Source: Parachlamydiales bacterium
GTDB lineage: Bacteria > Chlamydiota > Chlamydiia > Chlamydiales > SM23-39
Length of the DNA: 64,000 nucleotides
Assembly: GCA_050302075.1 (NCBI GenBank)
Contig: JBNLAH010000005.1
Coordinates: 128,001 to 192,000 of the forward strand
Direction: 5' to 3'
A program made the translations under genes and the position numbers. Shown piece by piece: positions 9,869 through 20,540 of this stretch. The first letter of the stretch is position 1. Each line of letters begins with the position of its first letter. The notes under the pieces were generated by a model. It saw nothing but the letters and a program-made list of their open reading frames with translations, did no database searches and was not told where the DNA came from.

Positions 9869-10986
9869 TTGGAATTCCTAAGGAAGTAAAAGCCAGCGAA
9901 TTTAGAGTTGGAGCTACTCCGCATACGGCCGCAGCTCTTATAAAAGCAGGTCACAAAGTTTTTATTGAAAAAGATGCTGGGAAAGCAATTGGATTCACAA
10001 ATGAACAATATACTTCGATTGGCGCTGAGATCAAAAATACAGCTAAGGAAATATATGAACAAGCTGAAATGATAATCAAAGTTAAAGAGCCTCAGCCATC
10101 CGAATTTCCGATGTTAAGAGAAGAGCAAATTCTATTCTGTTATTTGCACCTGGCACCAGATCCTGAACAAACAGAAGCATTGATTAAACAGAAAGTTATC
10201 GGCATCGCTTATGAGACAGTTACAGATGATAGAGGACGTCTTCCTTTATTGCTCCCAATGAGTGAGGTAGCCGGAAGAGTATCTGTACAAGCTGGTGCGA
10301 CAGCTTTGCAAATGGTAAATGGTGGAAGAGGGGTTCTTTTAGGTGGTATTCCAGGGGTTAAGCCAGGTAAGGTAGTAGTTCTAGGTGGTGGAATTGTTGG
10401 AACAGAGGCAATGCGAATGGCATTAGGCCTTGGAGCTGATGTAACAATATTTGATGTTAATTTTGGTAGACTGAGGGAACTTAATGAACTTTACGCTCCA
10501 GCTTTAAAAACTAGATATTCAACTCCTGCCGCAGTTGAAGAAGAGCTAAAGGACGCAGACCTTGTGATAGGCGCCGTCTTAATTCCAGGGAAAACTGCCC
10601 CAAGGCTCATCACACAAGATATGCTTAAAAATATGCAAAAAGGAAGTGTTATTGTTGATGTTGCAATTGACCAGGGAGGTTGTGCAGAAACATCAAGGCC
10701 AACTACCCATGAAAATCCTACTTATGAAGTTGACGGGGTTGTTCACTATTGCGTTACAAATATGCCGTCTGCTTGCGCTAGGACATCAACAGAGGGATTG
10801 ACCTACACAACATTGCCTCTCGCACTAAAATTGGCTAACTTAGGTTATAAACAAGCCTTAAAAGAAGATGTTCACTTAAGAAATGGGGTTAATGTATACC
10901 TAGGAAAAGTAACTAATGAGCCAGTCGCAAATGATTTAGGGTATGAATATATCCCAGTAGATAGCTTGATTTCCTCGACAAATTAA
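9862..10986 (+). CDS. ald: Alanine dehydrogenase
   Basis: Motifs IGIPKEVK..EFRV, KVKEP, YLHLAPD, PMSEVAGR, GGGIVG, VDVAIDQGGC and HYCVTNMP. Confidence 0.96.
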   Translation: MLIGIPKEVKASEFRVGATPHTAAALIKAGHKVFIEKDAGKAIGFTNEQYTSIGAEIKNTAKEIYEQAEMIIKVKEPQPSEFPMLREEQILFCYLHLAPDPEQTEALIKQKVIGIAYETVTDDRGRLPLLLPMSEVAGRVSVQAGATALQMVNGGRGVLLGGIPGVKPGKVVVLGGGIVGTEAMRMALGLGADVTIFDVNFGRLRELNELYAPALKTRYSTPAAVEEELKDADLVIGAVLIPGKTAPRLITQDMLKNMQKGSVIVDVAIDQGGCAETSRPTTHENPTYEVDGVVHYCVTNMPSACARTSTEGLTYTTLPLALKLANLGYKQALKEDVHLRNGVNVYLGKVTNEPVANDLGYEYIPVDSLISSTN

Positions 10987-11028
10987 TAATAAGTTATTAA
11001 AAAACGAAGTTAGGGGTTTTGTATTTTT

Positions 11029-14000
11029 ATGTCTATTCCTAGCTTCGCGATAAAATATAACGATCTGGCTAGAAAGCTTATCTCAGAAAAAAATGTTAAA
11101 GACATCATATTCTCAGATGGAAGCTATCAAGTAGGGGTGTATGACAACGTAGAAAAAATGCTCTTCTGGCCCTTCATTCAGCTTGATGATAAAGCAAACG
11201 TAAGGGATGCATTTTGCAGTTGTTATACCTCTGAAGAAAAAGGAGAGTGCGTTCATTTAGCTGCGGCTTATTTTGTAATTTTTAAAGACTCAAAAGAGCC
11301 GTTAGCTAATCGGTATTATCGTTCGTTCTTTCATCAATTATGTCTTTTGTCATGTATCAGAATTGGACCAGATCCAGATAGTTTAAAAAAAATTACAGAT
11401 GATACTTTTCTTTATACCTCCAAAACAAATAAACAATTATTTAGGGTTTATTTGGAGGATAAAAAATCTAAAAAGAAGTTTAAGGAAATTATACAGCCAG
11501 AGACACTAAGTAATGAAACAACTTCTTTAAAATACTCCCAAATCACGGAAGAAGAGTTAAAGCTTTGGAAAGAAGGTAAAGCCAGTAAAGATATTACGTA
11601 TGAACTATCTTTTTGGTCGGATTTAGGAAAATGGATTTATTTTCTTCAAGAGCAAGGCTATCATTATCAAGTAAATTTCAAGATGTTAGATTCAATACCC
11701 CCAAGAGAAGTTGAAATAAAATTTCAAGGGTTGTTTGAGATATTTTTTTACATCTCTGAAAGTAGCTTAAAGTATGTAATCCCATCACTTAAGACTATTG
11801 TCTCACCAATAAAGGTAATAGAACAAACTCAGCAGCGCATTTCAGAAATAGTATTTCATGAAAAAGAGAAAGCTTTTGAAATTATCAGCAAACCGTTTGA
11901 AGAGAAGCTAGAAAAAAAAGGGTATTCAATAGGTGAGTGGGAATATATTAAGAATGTGGGGTTTTATAAAAAGTCTTTAGATCCTCTAGCTGAAAAAAAA
12001 TGGATCAAACAAGAGGAAATTTCATTTTATCTCTCCGAATACCTGCAAACTTTTCAAGAAAAATTAAAGAAATATGATATTTATCCCCATGGGATAGAAC
12101 CTAGCTATCACCTTTTTTTTGATGAAAAAGGCAATTTACATATTCAGATGTATATTTTTGATTTAAAGATATGCTTTGAAGAAGAAACTTTTCTATCTTG
12201 CCCGTGGCTTTTCCTAAAAGATAAAGGGTTTTACTTACTAAAAGATCCAATGTTTTTTAATATTGAGACTGTAGTCAAAAAAAATGAAATATCAGATTTT
12301 ATTCACAAACACCGATTATGGCTTCATCAGTTTGAGGGCTTTCATACACATTATGGAGTTTTGCCGACTCAGTTTTTTTATAAGTTGACAAGTGATAGAG
12401 AGCTTGAATTTCTGTTAAGAATTGATTTGCCTCAAAGTCCTGATAAATTTGTAGATTTAGACGACTGGCTATATGTAGAAGGCCATGGATTTTATTTAAA
12501 GAAGGACTCGATAGGGACTTTCCCGATAAGATCAGGGCTAAAGATAAGCAAAGATGATGTATCCGAATTTATTGAATCTCATGTAACTGAACTTGAATCT
12601 GTAAATGGTTTTTTTGCAAGTAATACACCAATTGAAGATGCAAAGTTAAAGATTTATACAGAAAATGACCAAATTGTAGTGGACCCTATAATCCATTTTA
12701 AAAGCGGGTATGATGCTTCAAAAGTTATTTTTTTTGGTAAATATGTATATGTAGAAAATGAAGGTTTTTCAAAAATTCCTATTCAAAAAAATATTTTTGA
12801 GAGATTTTGGAAAAGGACAATAATACCTGAAGATAAGATTCTTTATTTTCTAAACTATGAGTTAGATTATCTAAGACAAAGTATTGATTCTTTAGATAAA
12901 AGTCTCAATAAACCTGCCAGATTACACTTAAAAATAAAAAGCCTAAAAAAAGAGATCAAAAGATCCAAAATATCTTGGCTAGTAGATTTATCATATAAAT
13001 CTGACTTGGGAGAGGTAAGTGTTGTAAAGCTTTGGGAGTATATTCAGGAGAAAAGAAAATTTGCTTACACAAACGCAGGTTTTTTAAGCTTAATAGACCA
13101 TAGATACAACTGGATTTCTCAAATAAACAAAAGAAAGATCAATCTTAATAAAAAATATATCAGATTAAATACACTAGAGTTTATTCGTTTGTGCATTTAT
13201 GAAAAAATCAAACCGCCTAGAGGTGCATCTAAAGAAGCTAAGGCTGCAAGGGAATTCATCCAAAATATTTTTTCAATAGAAACTGATAAAACGATTGATT
13301 TGTCATATTTAAAATCCACTTTATGGCCATATCAAGAAATGGGTGTTAAATGGCTTTGGTTTTTATATTCGTATGGACTTTCAGGGCTTTTATGTGATGA
13401 CATGGGGCTTGGTAAGACTCACCAAGCAATGGCGCTCTTAAGTGCTGTTTTGTTTGTAGATTCGGACCGTACAAATAAATATCTGGTTATTTGTCCAACT
13501 TCAGTGATTTATCACTGGGAAAACCTTTTTAAAAAGTATCTACCAGAAATCAGAGTGCTGACGTATTACGGAGTTGAGAGGTCTTTAGATAATTTCGAGG
13601 ATAGTTATGATTTAATCTTAACTTCTTATGGAACCCTTAGAGCCAGTATGGAAAATCTGAAGAAGTATAATTTTGAAGTTTCGATTTTCGATGAAATACA
13701 GGTAGCTAAAAATCCAAGCTCCCAAACACATAGGTCGCTAAAAGCTTTAAAATCCAGCGTTGTAATCGGTTTGACCGGTACGCCTATTGAAAACAGTTTG
13801 AGAGAATTGAAAGCTCTATTTGATTTAATACTGCCATCTTATATGCCGTCTGATAGTGTTTTCAGAGATCTTTTTTTGAACCCAATTGAAAAAAATGAGG
13901 ATAAAGAAAAAAAAGAGCTGTTATCTAAATTGATTAATCCGTTTGTGCTTAGAAGAAAAAAGGTTGATGTTTTAACAGATCTTCCAGAAAAAATTGAAGA

Positions 14001-14748
14001 GCTTGCATATTGTAAACTGTCTGAAGAGCAAGAAGATTTGTATAATATGCATTTAAGAAAAAAACGAAATGAGTTGATTGATATTTTAAAAAAGGAAGAA
14101 GATCCTATTCCTTACATGCATATTTTTGCTTTATTCACCAAACTAAAGCAAATTTGTGATCATCCTGCCTTGTTTCATAAGGATTCCTCGAATTATCAGA
14201 AATACCAAAGCGGCAAATGGGAGCTTTTTGTAGAGCTTTTACAAGAAGCTAAAGAGAGCAATCAGAAAGTGGTAATATTTTCCCAATACTTAGAAATGAT
14301 AGAGATCATTGAAAAGTATCTTAGGAAAAAAAATATTAATTATGGAGTTATTAAAGGATCCACTAAAAATCGTTATCAGCAAATTCAAAAGTTTCAAACT
14401 GATCCTAATTGTCAAGTATTTGTGGCTTCACTTTTAGCAGCTGGTGTGGGAATTGACTTAACTGCAGGATCTGTAGTTATTCATTATGACAGATGGTGGA
14501 ATCCAGCCAAGGAAAATCAGGCTACTGACAGAGTGCATCGAATCGGTCAAAATAGGGGCGTACAAGTCTTTAAGCTGATTACAAAGGGCACAATAGAAGA
14601 ACATATTCATAAGCTAATTGAAAAAAAGCACGGGTTAATGGAGGAGCTTATTGGCCAAGATGAAAGTGATCAAATCAAAAGGCTTACTAGAGATGAACTA
14701 TTAGAAGTCTTAGAGCAAACAAAAGGAAGCTACTTAGATCAAACCTGA
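11029..14748 (+). CDS. SWIM-zinc-finger SNF2-family helicase (probably CT555-like)
   Basis: N-terminal CSC...CVH (SWIM); SNF2 motifs [30 protein letters not shown] and [11 protein letters not shown]. Confidence 0.92.
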   Translation: MSIPSFAIKYNDLARKLISEKNVKDIIFSDGSYQVGVYDNVEKMLFWPFIQLDDKANVRDAFCSCYTSEEKGECVHLAAAYFVIFKDSKEPLANRYYRSFFHQLCLLSCIRIGPDPDSLKKITDDTFLYTSKTNKQLFRVYLEDKKSKKKFKEIIQPETLSNETTSLKYSQITEEELKLWKEGKASKDITYELSFWSDLGKWIYFLQEQGYHYQVNFKMLDSIPPREVEIKFQGLFEIFFYISESSLKYVIPSLKTIVSPIKVIEQTQQRISEIVFHEKEKAFEIISKPFEEKLEKKGYSIGEWEYIKNVGFYKKSLDPLAEKKWIKQEEISFYLSEYLQTFQEKLKKYDIYPHGIEPSYHLFFDEKGNLHIQMYIFDLKICFEEETFLSCPWLFLKDKGFYLLKDPMFFNIETVVKKNEISDFIHKHRLWLHQFEGFHTHYGVLPTQFFYKLTSDRELEFLLRIDLPQSPDKFVDLDDWLYVEGHGFYLKKDSIGTFPIRSGLKISKDDVSEFIESHVTELESVNGFFASNTPIEDAKLKIYTENDQIVVDPIIHFKSGYDASKVIFFGKYVYVENEGFSKIPIQKNIFERFWKRTIIPEDKILYFLNYELDYLRQSIDSLDKSLNKPARLHLKIKSLKKEIKRSKISWLVDLSYKSDLGEVSVVKLWEYIQEKRKFAYTNAGFLSLIDHRYNWISQINKRKINLNKKYIRLNTLEFIRLCIYEKIKPPRGASKEAKAAREFIQNIFSIETDKTIDLSYLKSTLWPYQEMGVKWLWFLYSYGLSGLLCDDMGLGKTHQAMALLSAVLFVDSDRTNKYLVICPTSVIYHWENLFKKYLPEIRVLTYYGVERSLDNFEDSYDLILTSYGTLRASMENLKKYNFEVSIFDEIQVAKNPSSQTHRSLKALKSSVVIGLTGTPIENSLRELKALFDLILPSYMPSDSVFRDLFLNPIEKNEDKEKKELLSKLINPFVLRRKKVDVLTDLPEKIEELAYCKLSEEQEDLYNMHLRKKRNELIDILKKEEDPIPYMHIFALFTKLKQICDHPALFHKDSSNYQKYQSGKWELFVELLQEAKESNQKVVIFSQYLEMIEIIEKYLRKKNINYGVIKGSTKNRYQQIQKFQTDPNCQVFVASLLAAGVGIDLTAGSVVIHYDRWWNPAKENQATDRVHRIGQNRGVQVFKLITKGTIEEHIHKLIEKKHGLMEELIGQDESDQIKRLTRDELLEVLEQTKGSYLDQT

Positions 14749-14804
14749 TTAAAACTTATCTTTCAACCTTGCTTACTTTTAATTAAAAATGTTAACGAGA
14801 AGTT

Positions 14805-15878
14805 ATGGAAGAGAAAAAAGACATTGTTTTAATTACCGGTTGTACAGGCACAATTGGATTCCGCTGTGCTGAAAAATTAACCTCTGAGTACCAAATAATA
14901 GGCGTTGATGTTTTTTTGGTGGGTCATTTACCTGGTATTGATTTAGTGGGTATTGATTTAGCTTCAGAAAAAAACATAGAAGAACATTTGGATCTAATTC
15001 AGGAAAGATTTGGAAACAAGATAGTATCTGTAGTTCATTTGGCCGCATACTATAGTTTTACAAAAGGAGGATGGAAAAAATATCAGCAGATTACGATAGA
15101 CGGTACCAAAAATCTTATTGAGGGACTATTAAAACGATTTGAGGTAGGTCAGTTTATTTTTTCTAGCTCTATGTTAGTTCATGCTCCTTGTGAAAAAGGA
15201 GAGAAAATTAATGAACTATCTCCAATTGAACCTAAATGGAATTATCCAAAGTCTAAAGTGATAACTGAAGATATAGTTCGAGATCTCAAGGGAAAAATTC
15301 CATATGTCATTCTTAGAATAGCTGGAGTATATGATGATGAGTGTCACTCTATTCCATTAGCTCAACAGACCCAAAGAATTTATGAAAATAAATTAGAAGC
15401 TCATTTATTTCCTGGTGATTTGACGCATGGAGCCGCTTTTGTTCATCTAGAAGATGTAGTTGAAGCTATATATTTAAGCATTAAAAAAAGAAAAGAGTTG
15501 CCTGAGGAATTAGTTCTATTGATTGGAGAGCCGAACACTTTAAGTTACGGAAAGCTGCAAGAGGCAATTTCCAAAGAAATTTTCAACAAGAAATGGAAGA
15601 CTTACCAAATCCCTAAACCTCTAGCAATAATAGGAGCTTGGATAAAACAGCATATGCCATTTATGAAGAAGGGATTTATCCAACCTTGGATGATCCCAAT
15701 GGCTGATGATAACTATGAGTTAGATATATCCCAAGCTGAAAAATATTTAGGATGGCATCCAAAAAAAACTCTTAAAGATACTATTCCAAAATGGATCGAT
15801 TTATTAAAAAGAGAGCCTCTTGTTTGGTATGACATAAATAAGCTTCACTTCTCAGGAAAGGTAAAAGAACGTGATTGA
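14805..15878 (+). CDS. NAD-dependent epimerase/dehydratase (extended SDR)
   Basis: TGCTGTIG Rossmann motif, HLAAYY, FSSS and catalytic YPKSK (YxxxK). Confidence 0.88.
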   Translation: MEEKKDIVLITGCTGTIGFRCAEKLTSEYQIIGVDVFLVGHLPGIDLVGIDLASEKNIEEHLDLIQERFGNKIVSVVHLAAYYSFTKGGWKKYQQITIDGTKNLIEGLLKRFEVGQFIFSSSMLVHAPCEKGEKINELSPIEPKWNYPKSKVITEDIVRDLKGKIPYVILRIAGVYDDECHSIPLAQQTQRIYENKLEAHLFPGDLTHGAAFVHLEDVVEAIYLSIKKRKELPEELVLLIGEPNTLSYGKLQEAISKEIFNKKWKTYQIPKPLAIIGAWIKQHMPFMKKGFIQPWMIPMADDNYELDISQAEKYLGWHPKKTLKDTIPKWIDLLKREPLVWYDINKLHFSGKVKERD

Positions 15879-16737
15879 CCGAAAAAGAAGAGAGTTTTCT
15901 TTTGTCCTTTTAGCAATTGGCCTTTGGTTGATTGCAACTCCAATTACATATAATTTTTATCAAATAGCTTTTTATAATGACCTGATTTGTGGCGCTTTAC
16001 TAGTATTATTTGGATTGATAGCTTTGGTAAATCTTACTTCAATTTATTTTATCCCTTTTTTATTGATTGGTCTTTGGTTACATTTTGCTCCACTTCTTTT
16101 TTGGTACCCAAAAAGCATTAATTATCTTAACGATACTCTTATGGGGACAGTTGTTTCAATTATTGCTTTTGGCTTTCTTCAAAAAAGTGAACAACAAAAA
16201 GAAGAATATTCACCATCATCTTGGACTCATAGAGTTCCAACTATTTTCATAGCACTTATCTGCTGGTTATTAGCTAGATATTTAGATGCCTATCAATTAG
16301 GGTATATTGACAAAGTATGGGATCCTTTTTTTAAAAGTGGAACAGAAAAGGTACTTACATCAAGTGTGTCCAAAGCATTTCCTATTCCGGATGCAGGTCT
16401 TGGAGCTTATGCATATTTTCTAGAGGCCTTACTTGCTTGGCAAGGTGGAGAAGATAGGTGGAAAAACATGCCATGGGTAGTCTTATTATTTGGAATTTTA
16501 GCGTTTCCTGTTGGGATAACTAGTATAGTTCTTATCATTCTACAGCCGCTTGTTGTCGGTTCTTGGTGTTTCATATGTCTTTTAATAGCATTTCTAATGC
16601 TTATGATAGTTCTTCTTTCTATTAAAGAAGTCATTGCTGTTTTTAGATGCATTAAGGTGCAGGTTGTGCAAAAAAAATCTATCTGGAAGTTTATTGTTTT
16701 TGGTGATGCCACAATGGAACTTCCAAATATTAAGTAA
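15871..16737 (+). CDS. SPW-repeat / vitamin K epoxide reductase (VKOR) family membrane protein
   Basis: N-terminal GLWLIATP and GLWLHFAP SPW-like hairpins; VLTSSVSKAFPIPDAGLG and WCFICL (CxxC) of VKOR. GTG start overlaps the upstream stop. Confidence 0.82.
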   Translation: MIDRKRREFSFVLLAIGLWLIATPITYNFYQIAFYNDLICGALLVLFGLIALVNLTSIYFIPFLLIGLWLHFAPLLFWYPKSINYLNDTLMGTVVSIIAFGFLQKSEQQKEEYSPSSWTHRVPTIFIALICWLLARYLDAYQLGYIDKVWDPFFKSGTEKVLTSSVSKAFPIPDAGLGAYAYFLEALLAWQGGEDRWKNMPWVVLLFGILAFPVGITSIVLIILQPLVVGSWCFICLLIAFLMLMIVLLSIKEVIAVFRCIKVQVVQKKSIWKFIVFGDATMELPNIK

Positions 16738-16809
16738 TACAGCTTAACCTATAGAAACAGGATTATTTATATAATGATAAGCTCATAAGACTTTTGATTT
16801 TAAAGAAAC

Positions 16810-17160
16810 TTAAGAAAGAAATTCTCTTAAAAGTTTAATCTCCGATTTAGGAATTATCTTATTTGCTTTGATTGTATCATTATAAGGAATCCTCTTTGAA
16901 GCTTCGGTTATTTTATATTCAAGAGAATCTTTAAGAACTAAAATTCTTTGATAAGAGCGGTTGTTCATAATACTATTCATATCGCTATAAGTAACTTTTA
17001 ATGAAGAAAAGTCGCTGATCATATTTGTGATCATAGTATCAATGGTATTTATTGTAGTCTTTTTTTTTGAATCAAGAATGTCTAACACTTCCTTTAATTT
17101 TAATCTTAACACCTCTACTTGTCTCGTGACGGAGTTGTTATGTTGAGCTTCAGATATCAT
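16810..17160 (-). CDS. Hypothetical protein (116 aa, helical)
   Basis: Standalone ORF with ATG start and an AAAGGA SD-like sequence upstream. No motif recognised. Confidence 0.6.
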   Translation of the reverse strand: MISEAQHNNSVTRQVEVLRLKLKEVLDILDSKKKTTINTIDTMITNMISDFSSLKVTYSDMNSIMNNRSYQRILVLKDSLEYKITEASKRIPYNDTIKANKIIPKSEIKLLREFLS

Positions 17161-17377
17161 ATTTTTTCCTTTGTAAATGTAGTTAAAAATTTTTTTATAT
17201 ATCTAAAATTAAATAAAAACAATTATTAAATGATTAAGTGTTCTAAGTGATTGTTTAGTAGTAACTAATGCGTTGCAATTTTTTGATACATATAGTTATG
17301 AACTTATTCATAAGATTGATCTTTAATTGCTTTTCATGTTATTTTTTATTAGTTTTCTTTGGGGTATCTCTAAAAAA

Positions 17378-18685
17378 ATGAAAATTGCACTTGTCGGAAG
17401 ACCTAATGTAGGCAAATCAGCTCTATTTAACCGGATCTGTCAGAAACGAATTTCTATTGTGGAAGATGTTGAAGGGGTAACTCGTGATCGAATTTATGCT
17501 AAAGCTGAGATAAATAATAAAGAATTTGAATTGATCGACACAGGAGGAATCTCGTTTGAGAAGAACATGCCTTTTATCGATCAGATTAGGATGCAGGCTG
17601 AGATTGCCATTGAAGAGGCTGATGGTATTATCATGGTCGTAGACTTAAAGGCTAATGCTCAACTTTTAGATAAAGAGATAGCCAAAATACTTTTAGCTAC
17701 TAAGAAACCTGTCATCTTAGCTATCAATAAAGCCGATGATCAAACTGTTAAATACGATCTTTTTAGCTTTTATGAGTTAGGAATAGAGAATTTATTAGCT
17801 GTCTCCGCCATACATGGACACAATGTTTTTGATTTGATTGCAAAAATGTTTGAACTAGTTCCTTTTGAAGCTGATGAAAAAGAAGAAGAGAAAAGTGTAA
17901 ATGTAGCTGTTATCGGTCGAGCAAATGTTGGTAAATCCACATTATTAAATGCAATGCTCGGTAGTGAAAGATGTATTGTATCTCCAATAGCCGGAACAAC
18001 AAGAGATGCTGTTGATGTTTTATTAGAGCATAATAAAGAAAATTTTCTATTTATTGATACAGCTGGCATTAGACGAAAACATAAAGAAAAAGAAACAATT
18101 GAAAAATTCTCATCTCTTCGAACACAAAATGCACTAAAAAGAGCGGATATCTGTATACTTGTTCTAGATGTAAATGAGGGGATGACAACCCAGGAAAAGA
18201 GAATTCTAAAAGAAATTGAAACTCTGGGCAAAGGATGTATTATTTTTATTAATAAATGGGATTGCATTAAAGGGCACCGCATGGAGCACTGCATTTTATC
18301 TATTAAAAATGAATACTCACCTGCTAAAAATTTTCCAATCATTGTTGGCTCTGCAAAAGAAAAACGAAATATTGATAAAGTGTTTCAAAGTCTTTTAGAT
18401 CTAAAACTACAAATCCAAAGAAAAATCTCAACTCCTGAGTTAAACCGATTTATTGAAAAGAGCATGCAAAGAACCCATCCACCAATGATAAAAGGAAAAA
18501 GACTTAGAGTCTTTTATATGGTTCAGAAGACAACTCATCCAAAAAAGTTCATTTTATTTGTTAACTATCCCAATTTAATGACAAAAGCCTATAAGCAATA
18601 TCTAATAAATTCCTTAAAAGATACTTTTTCGCTCATCGGCTGTCCAATTGAGTTTACTTTAAGAGCTAGAATGTTGCATAAGTAG
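17378..18685 (+). CDS. der: Ribosome biogenesis GTPase Der (start taken as ATG 17378)
   Basis: Tandem G domains (GRPNVGKS/DTGG/NKAD and GRANVGKS/DTAG/NKWD) and a KH-like C-terminus. Confidence 0.96.
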   Translation: MKIALVGRPNVGKSALFNRICQKRISIVEDVEGVTRDRIYAKAEINNKEFELIDTGGISFEKNMPFIDQIRMQAEIAIEEADGIIMVVDLKANAQLLDKEIAKILLATKKPVILAINKADDQTVKYDLFSFYELGIENLLAVSAIHGHNVFDLIAKMFELVPFEADEKEEEKSVNVAVIGRANVGKSTLLNAMLGSERCIVSPIAGTTRDAVDVLLEHNKENFLFIDTAGIRRKHKEKETIEKFSSLRTQNALKRADICILVLDVNEGMTTQEKRILKEIETLGKGCIIFINKWDCIKGHRMEHCILSIKNEYSPAKNFPIIVGSAKEKRNIDKVFQSLLDLKLQIQRKISTPELNRFIEKSMQRTHPPMIKGKRLRVFYMVQKTTHPKKFILFVNYPNLMTKAYKQYLINSLKDTFSLIGCPIEFTLRARMLHK

Positions 18686-18720
18686 CTTTTTATCTTTCTT
18701 CGGCATATAAATGTTATATT

Positions 18721-20466
18721 ATGAAGAAAAAAGAAGAGACGCTTTCTTTGCTCCCTTTTGTCAAAGAAATTAAGCGTTACCATTTATCTACTTTCCGATC
18801 TGATTTATATGCTGCATTTGCAGTCGCATTGCTTGCTATTCCTCAGTCAATTGCGTATTCATTACTAGCTGGACTTCCACCAATAGCTGGTTTTTATTCA
18901 GCCATTTTTGGAACAATTTTTGCGTCTACTTTTGGCTCTTCAAGACATCTTATATCAGGGCCTACAACAGGGGTCGCAATCCTAATTCAAACAACTATTT
19001 TTGATACTCTACAAAACTACTTCCCGGATGCCGTAGGGGCTGAAAGGCAGCAGCTGGTTATTTTAATTTTAACACATATTGTGTTCATTATTGCAGCGGT
19101 TCAAATTTTTAGCGCATTTTTTAATGTAGGTAAGCTGCTACAGTTTGTATCAAGGTCGGTAGTGCTTGGGTATTTTGCTGGGATAACGTTAGCTATTTTA
19201 GCAAACCAGCTATATTATTTTGCTGGAGTTGAATTAGGTAAAGAAGAACTGTTAATTTTTCGCTTGGCATATTTTTTTACAAATCTAAAAGCGATTAAAG
19301 TCGGGTCAATAATTGTTGGGCTTGTAACACTTTTCCTTTTGATTTTTGTGAAAAAGAAGTTGCCTAAGTATCCAGATGCATTAATTGCTTTAGTTGTAGG
19401 TAGCATTGTTGCAGTATTAATAAACAATTATTTTACTAAAGAGTTCAGCGTTAAGACGTTTGCAAGTACAACGGATTCTCAGTCACCTAGCTTGCTAGTT
19501 AGTTTTCCTATTTTGCAGCTCAAAATTTTTAAAGAGGTTTTTTTCTCTTCTGTTGCAGTTGCTTTTGTTGCTATTTTGGAGGTTTTTTCAGTTTCTAGGA
19601 ATTTAGCAGCTAAGAGCGGACAAAATGTTCGCTCCAACCAGGAAGTTTTTGGTCTTGGGATCAGCAACTTTATCCTTTCCTTTTTTCTATATGTAATCCC
19701 AGCATCTGGGAGTGCTTCGAGGAGTGTCCTAAATTATGAGAGTGGGGCTAAGACAAGGTTCTCTGCAGTGTTAAGTGGAGTTTTGATTGCAATTTTGATC
19801 TTAGTTTTTTGGCCCTTAATTCGAGTGATTCCATTTGCATCGCTTGCCGCTATTTTACTTTTCACATCAATCAAACTGATTAACTATGAGAGTGTGAAAT
19901 TATGCTTTAGAGCGTCGAGGGGAGATGCGATTGTATACATTTTGACAATGGCATCATGTCTGGTATTCAACTTGGACATTGCTTTTTTTGTAGGAATTGT
20001 TATTTCGATTATTTTTTATCTTAAGCGCTCCGCTGAGCCTCACCAAGTTGAGTATGCTTTTGATTCAGCTGGTCGGCTTGCTGTTGTCAGCCCTGATGAA
20101 AAAAAACGAAGAAAAGTTAGGATTATTGGAGTATCTGGAGAGCTATTTTTTGGGACTGTAGACCTCTTTCAAAATACAATGCGGACAATTGCAAAAGATC
20201 AGCATGTTAAAGTGATTGTTCTCCGGTTAACTGGAGTTTATCATGTCGATGCTTCTATGTGTCTGGCCATATTGATGGTGTATGATTATTTGAAGACAAC
20301 AAAAAGGTATCTTGTTATCAGCGGTATTACCCAAGAGGTATGGGCTGTTTTTTCCAAAACTAGCCTCATCAAAAAAATTGGAGTTGAAAATTTATTTTTA
20401 TCTGATGAAGCCTCTCCGCAATTATCAACTTGGAAAGCCTGCTTAAGAGCGCAAGACTTACTTTAA
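18721..20466 (+). CDS. SulP/SLC26 anion transporter with STAS domain
   Basis: Motifs AIPQSIAYSLLAGLPP, FGSSRHLISGPT, NQEV and SASRS; C-terminal GELFFG...VDAS STAS domain. Confidence 0.93.
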   Translation: MKKKEETLSLLPFVKEIKRYHLSTFRSDLYAAFAVALLAIPQSIAYSLLAGLPPIAGFYSAIFGTIFASTFGSSRHLISGPTTGVAILIQTTIFDTLQNYFPDAVGAERQQLVILILTHIVFIIAAVQIFSAFFNVGKLLQFVSRSVVLGYFAGITLAILANQLYYFAGVELGKEELLIFRLAYFFTNLKAIKVGSIIVGLVTLFLLIFVKKKLPKYPDALIALVVGSIVAVLINNYFTKEFSVKTFASTTDSQSPSLLVSFPILQLKIFKEVFFSSVAVAFVAILEVFSVSRNLAAKSGQNVRSNQEVFGLGISNFILSFFLYVIPASGSASRSVLNYESGAKTRFSAVLSGVLIAILILVFWPLIRVIPFASLAAILLFTSIKLINYESVKLCFRASRGDAIVYILTMASCLVFNLDIAFFVGIVISIIFYLKRSAEPHQVEYAFDSAGRLAVVSPDEKKRRKVRIIGVSGELFFGTVDLFQNTMRTIAKDQHVKVIVLRLTGVYHVDASMCLAILMVYDYLKTTKRYLVISGITQEVWAVFSKTSLIKKIGVENLFLSDEASPQLSTWKACLRAQDLL

Positions 20467-20540
20467 AAAATCATTTTTTCTATTAGATTTAAATTTAATC
20501 AAAAATATAAGCTGCTAAAAAATTTTGATCAGCAGCTAGG

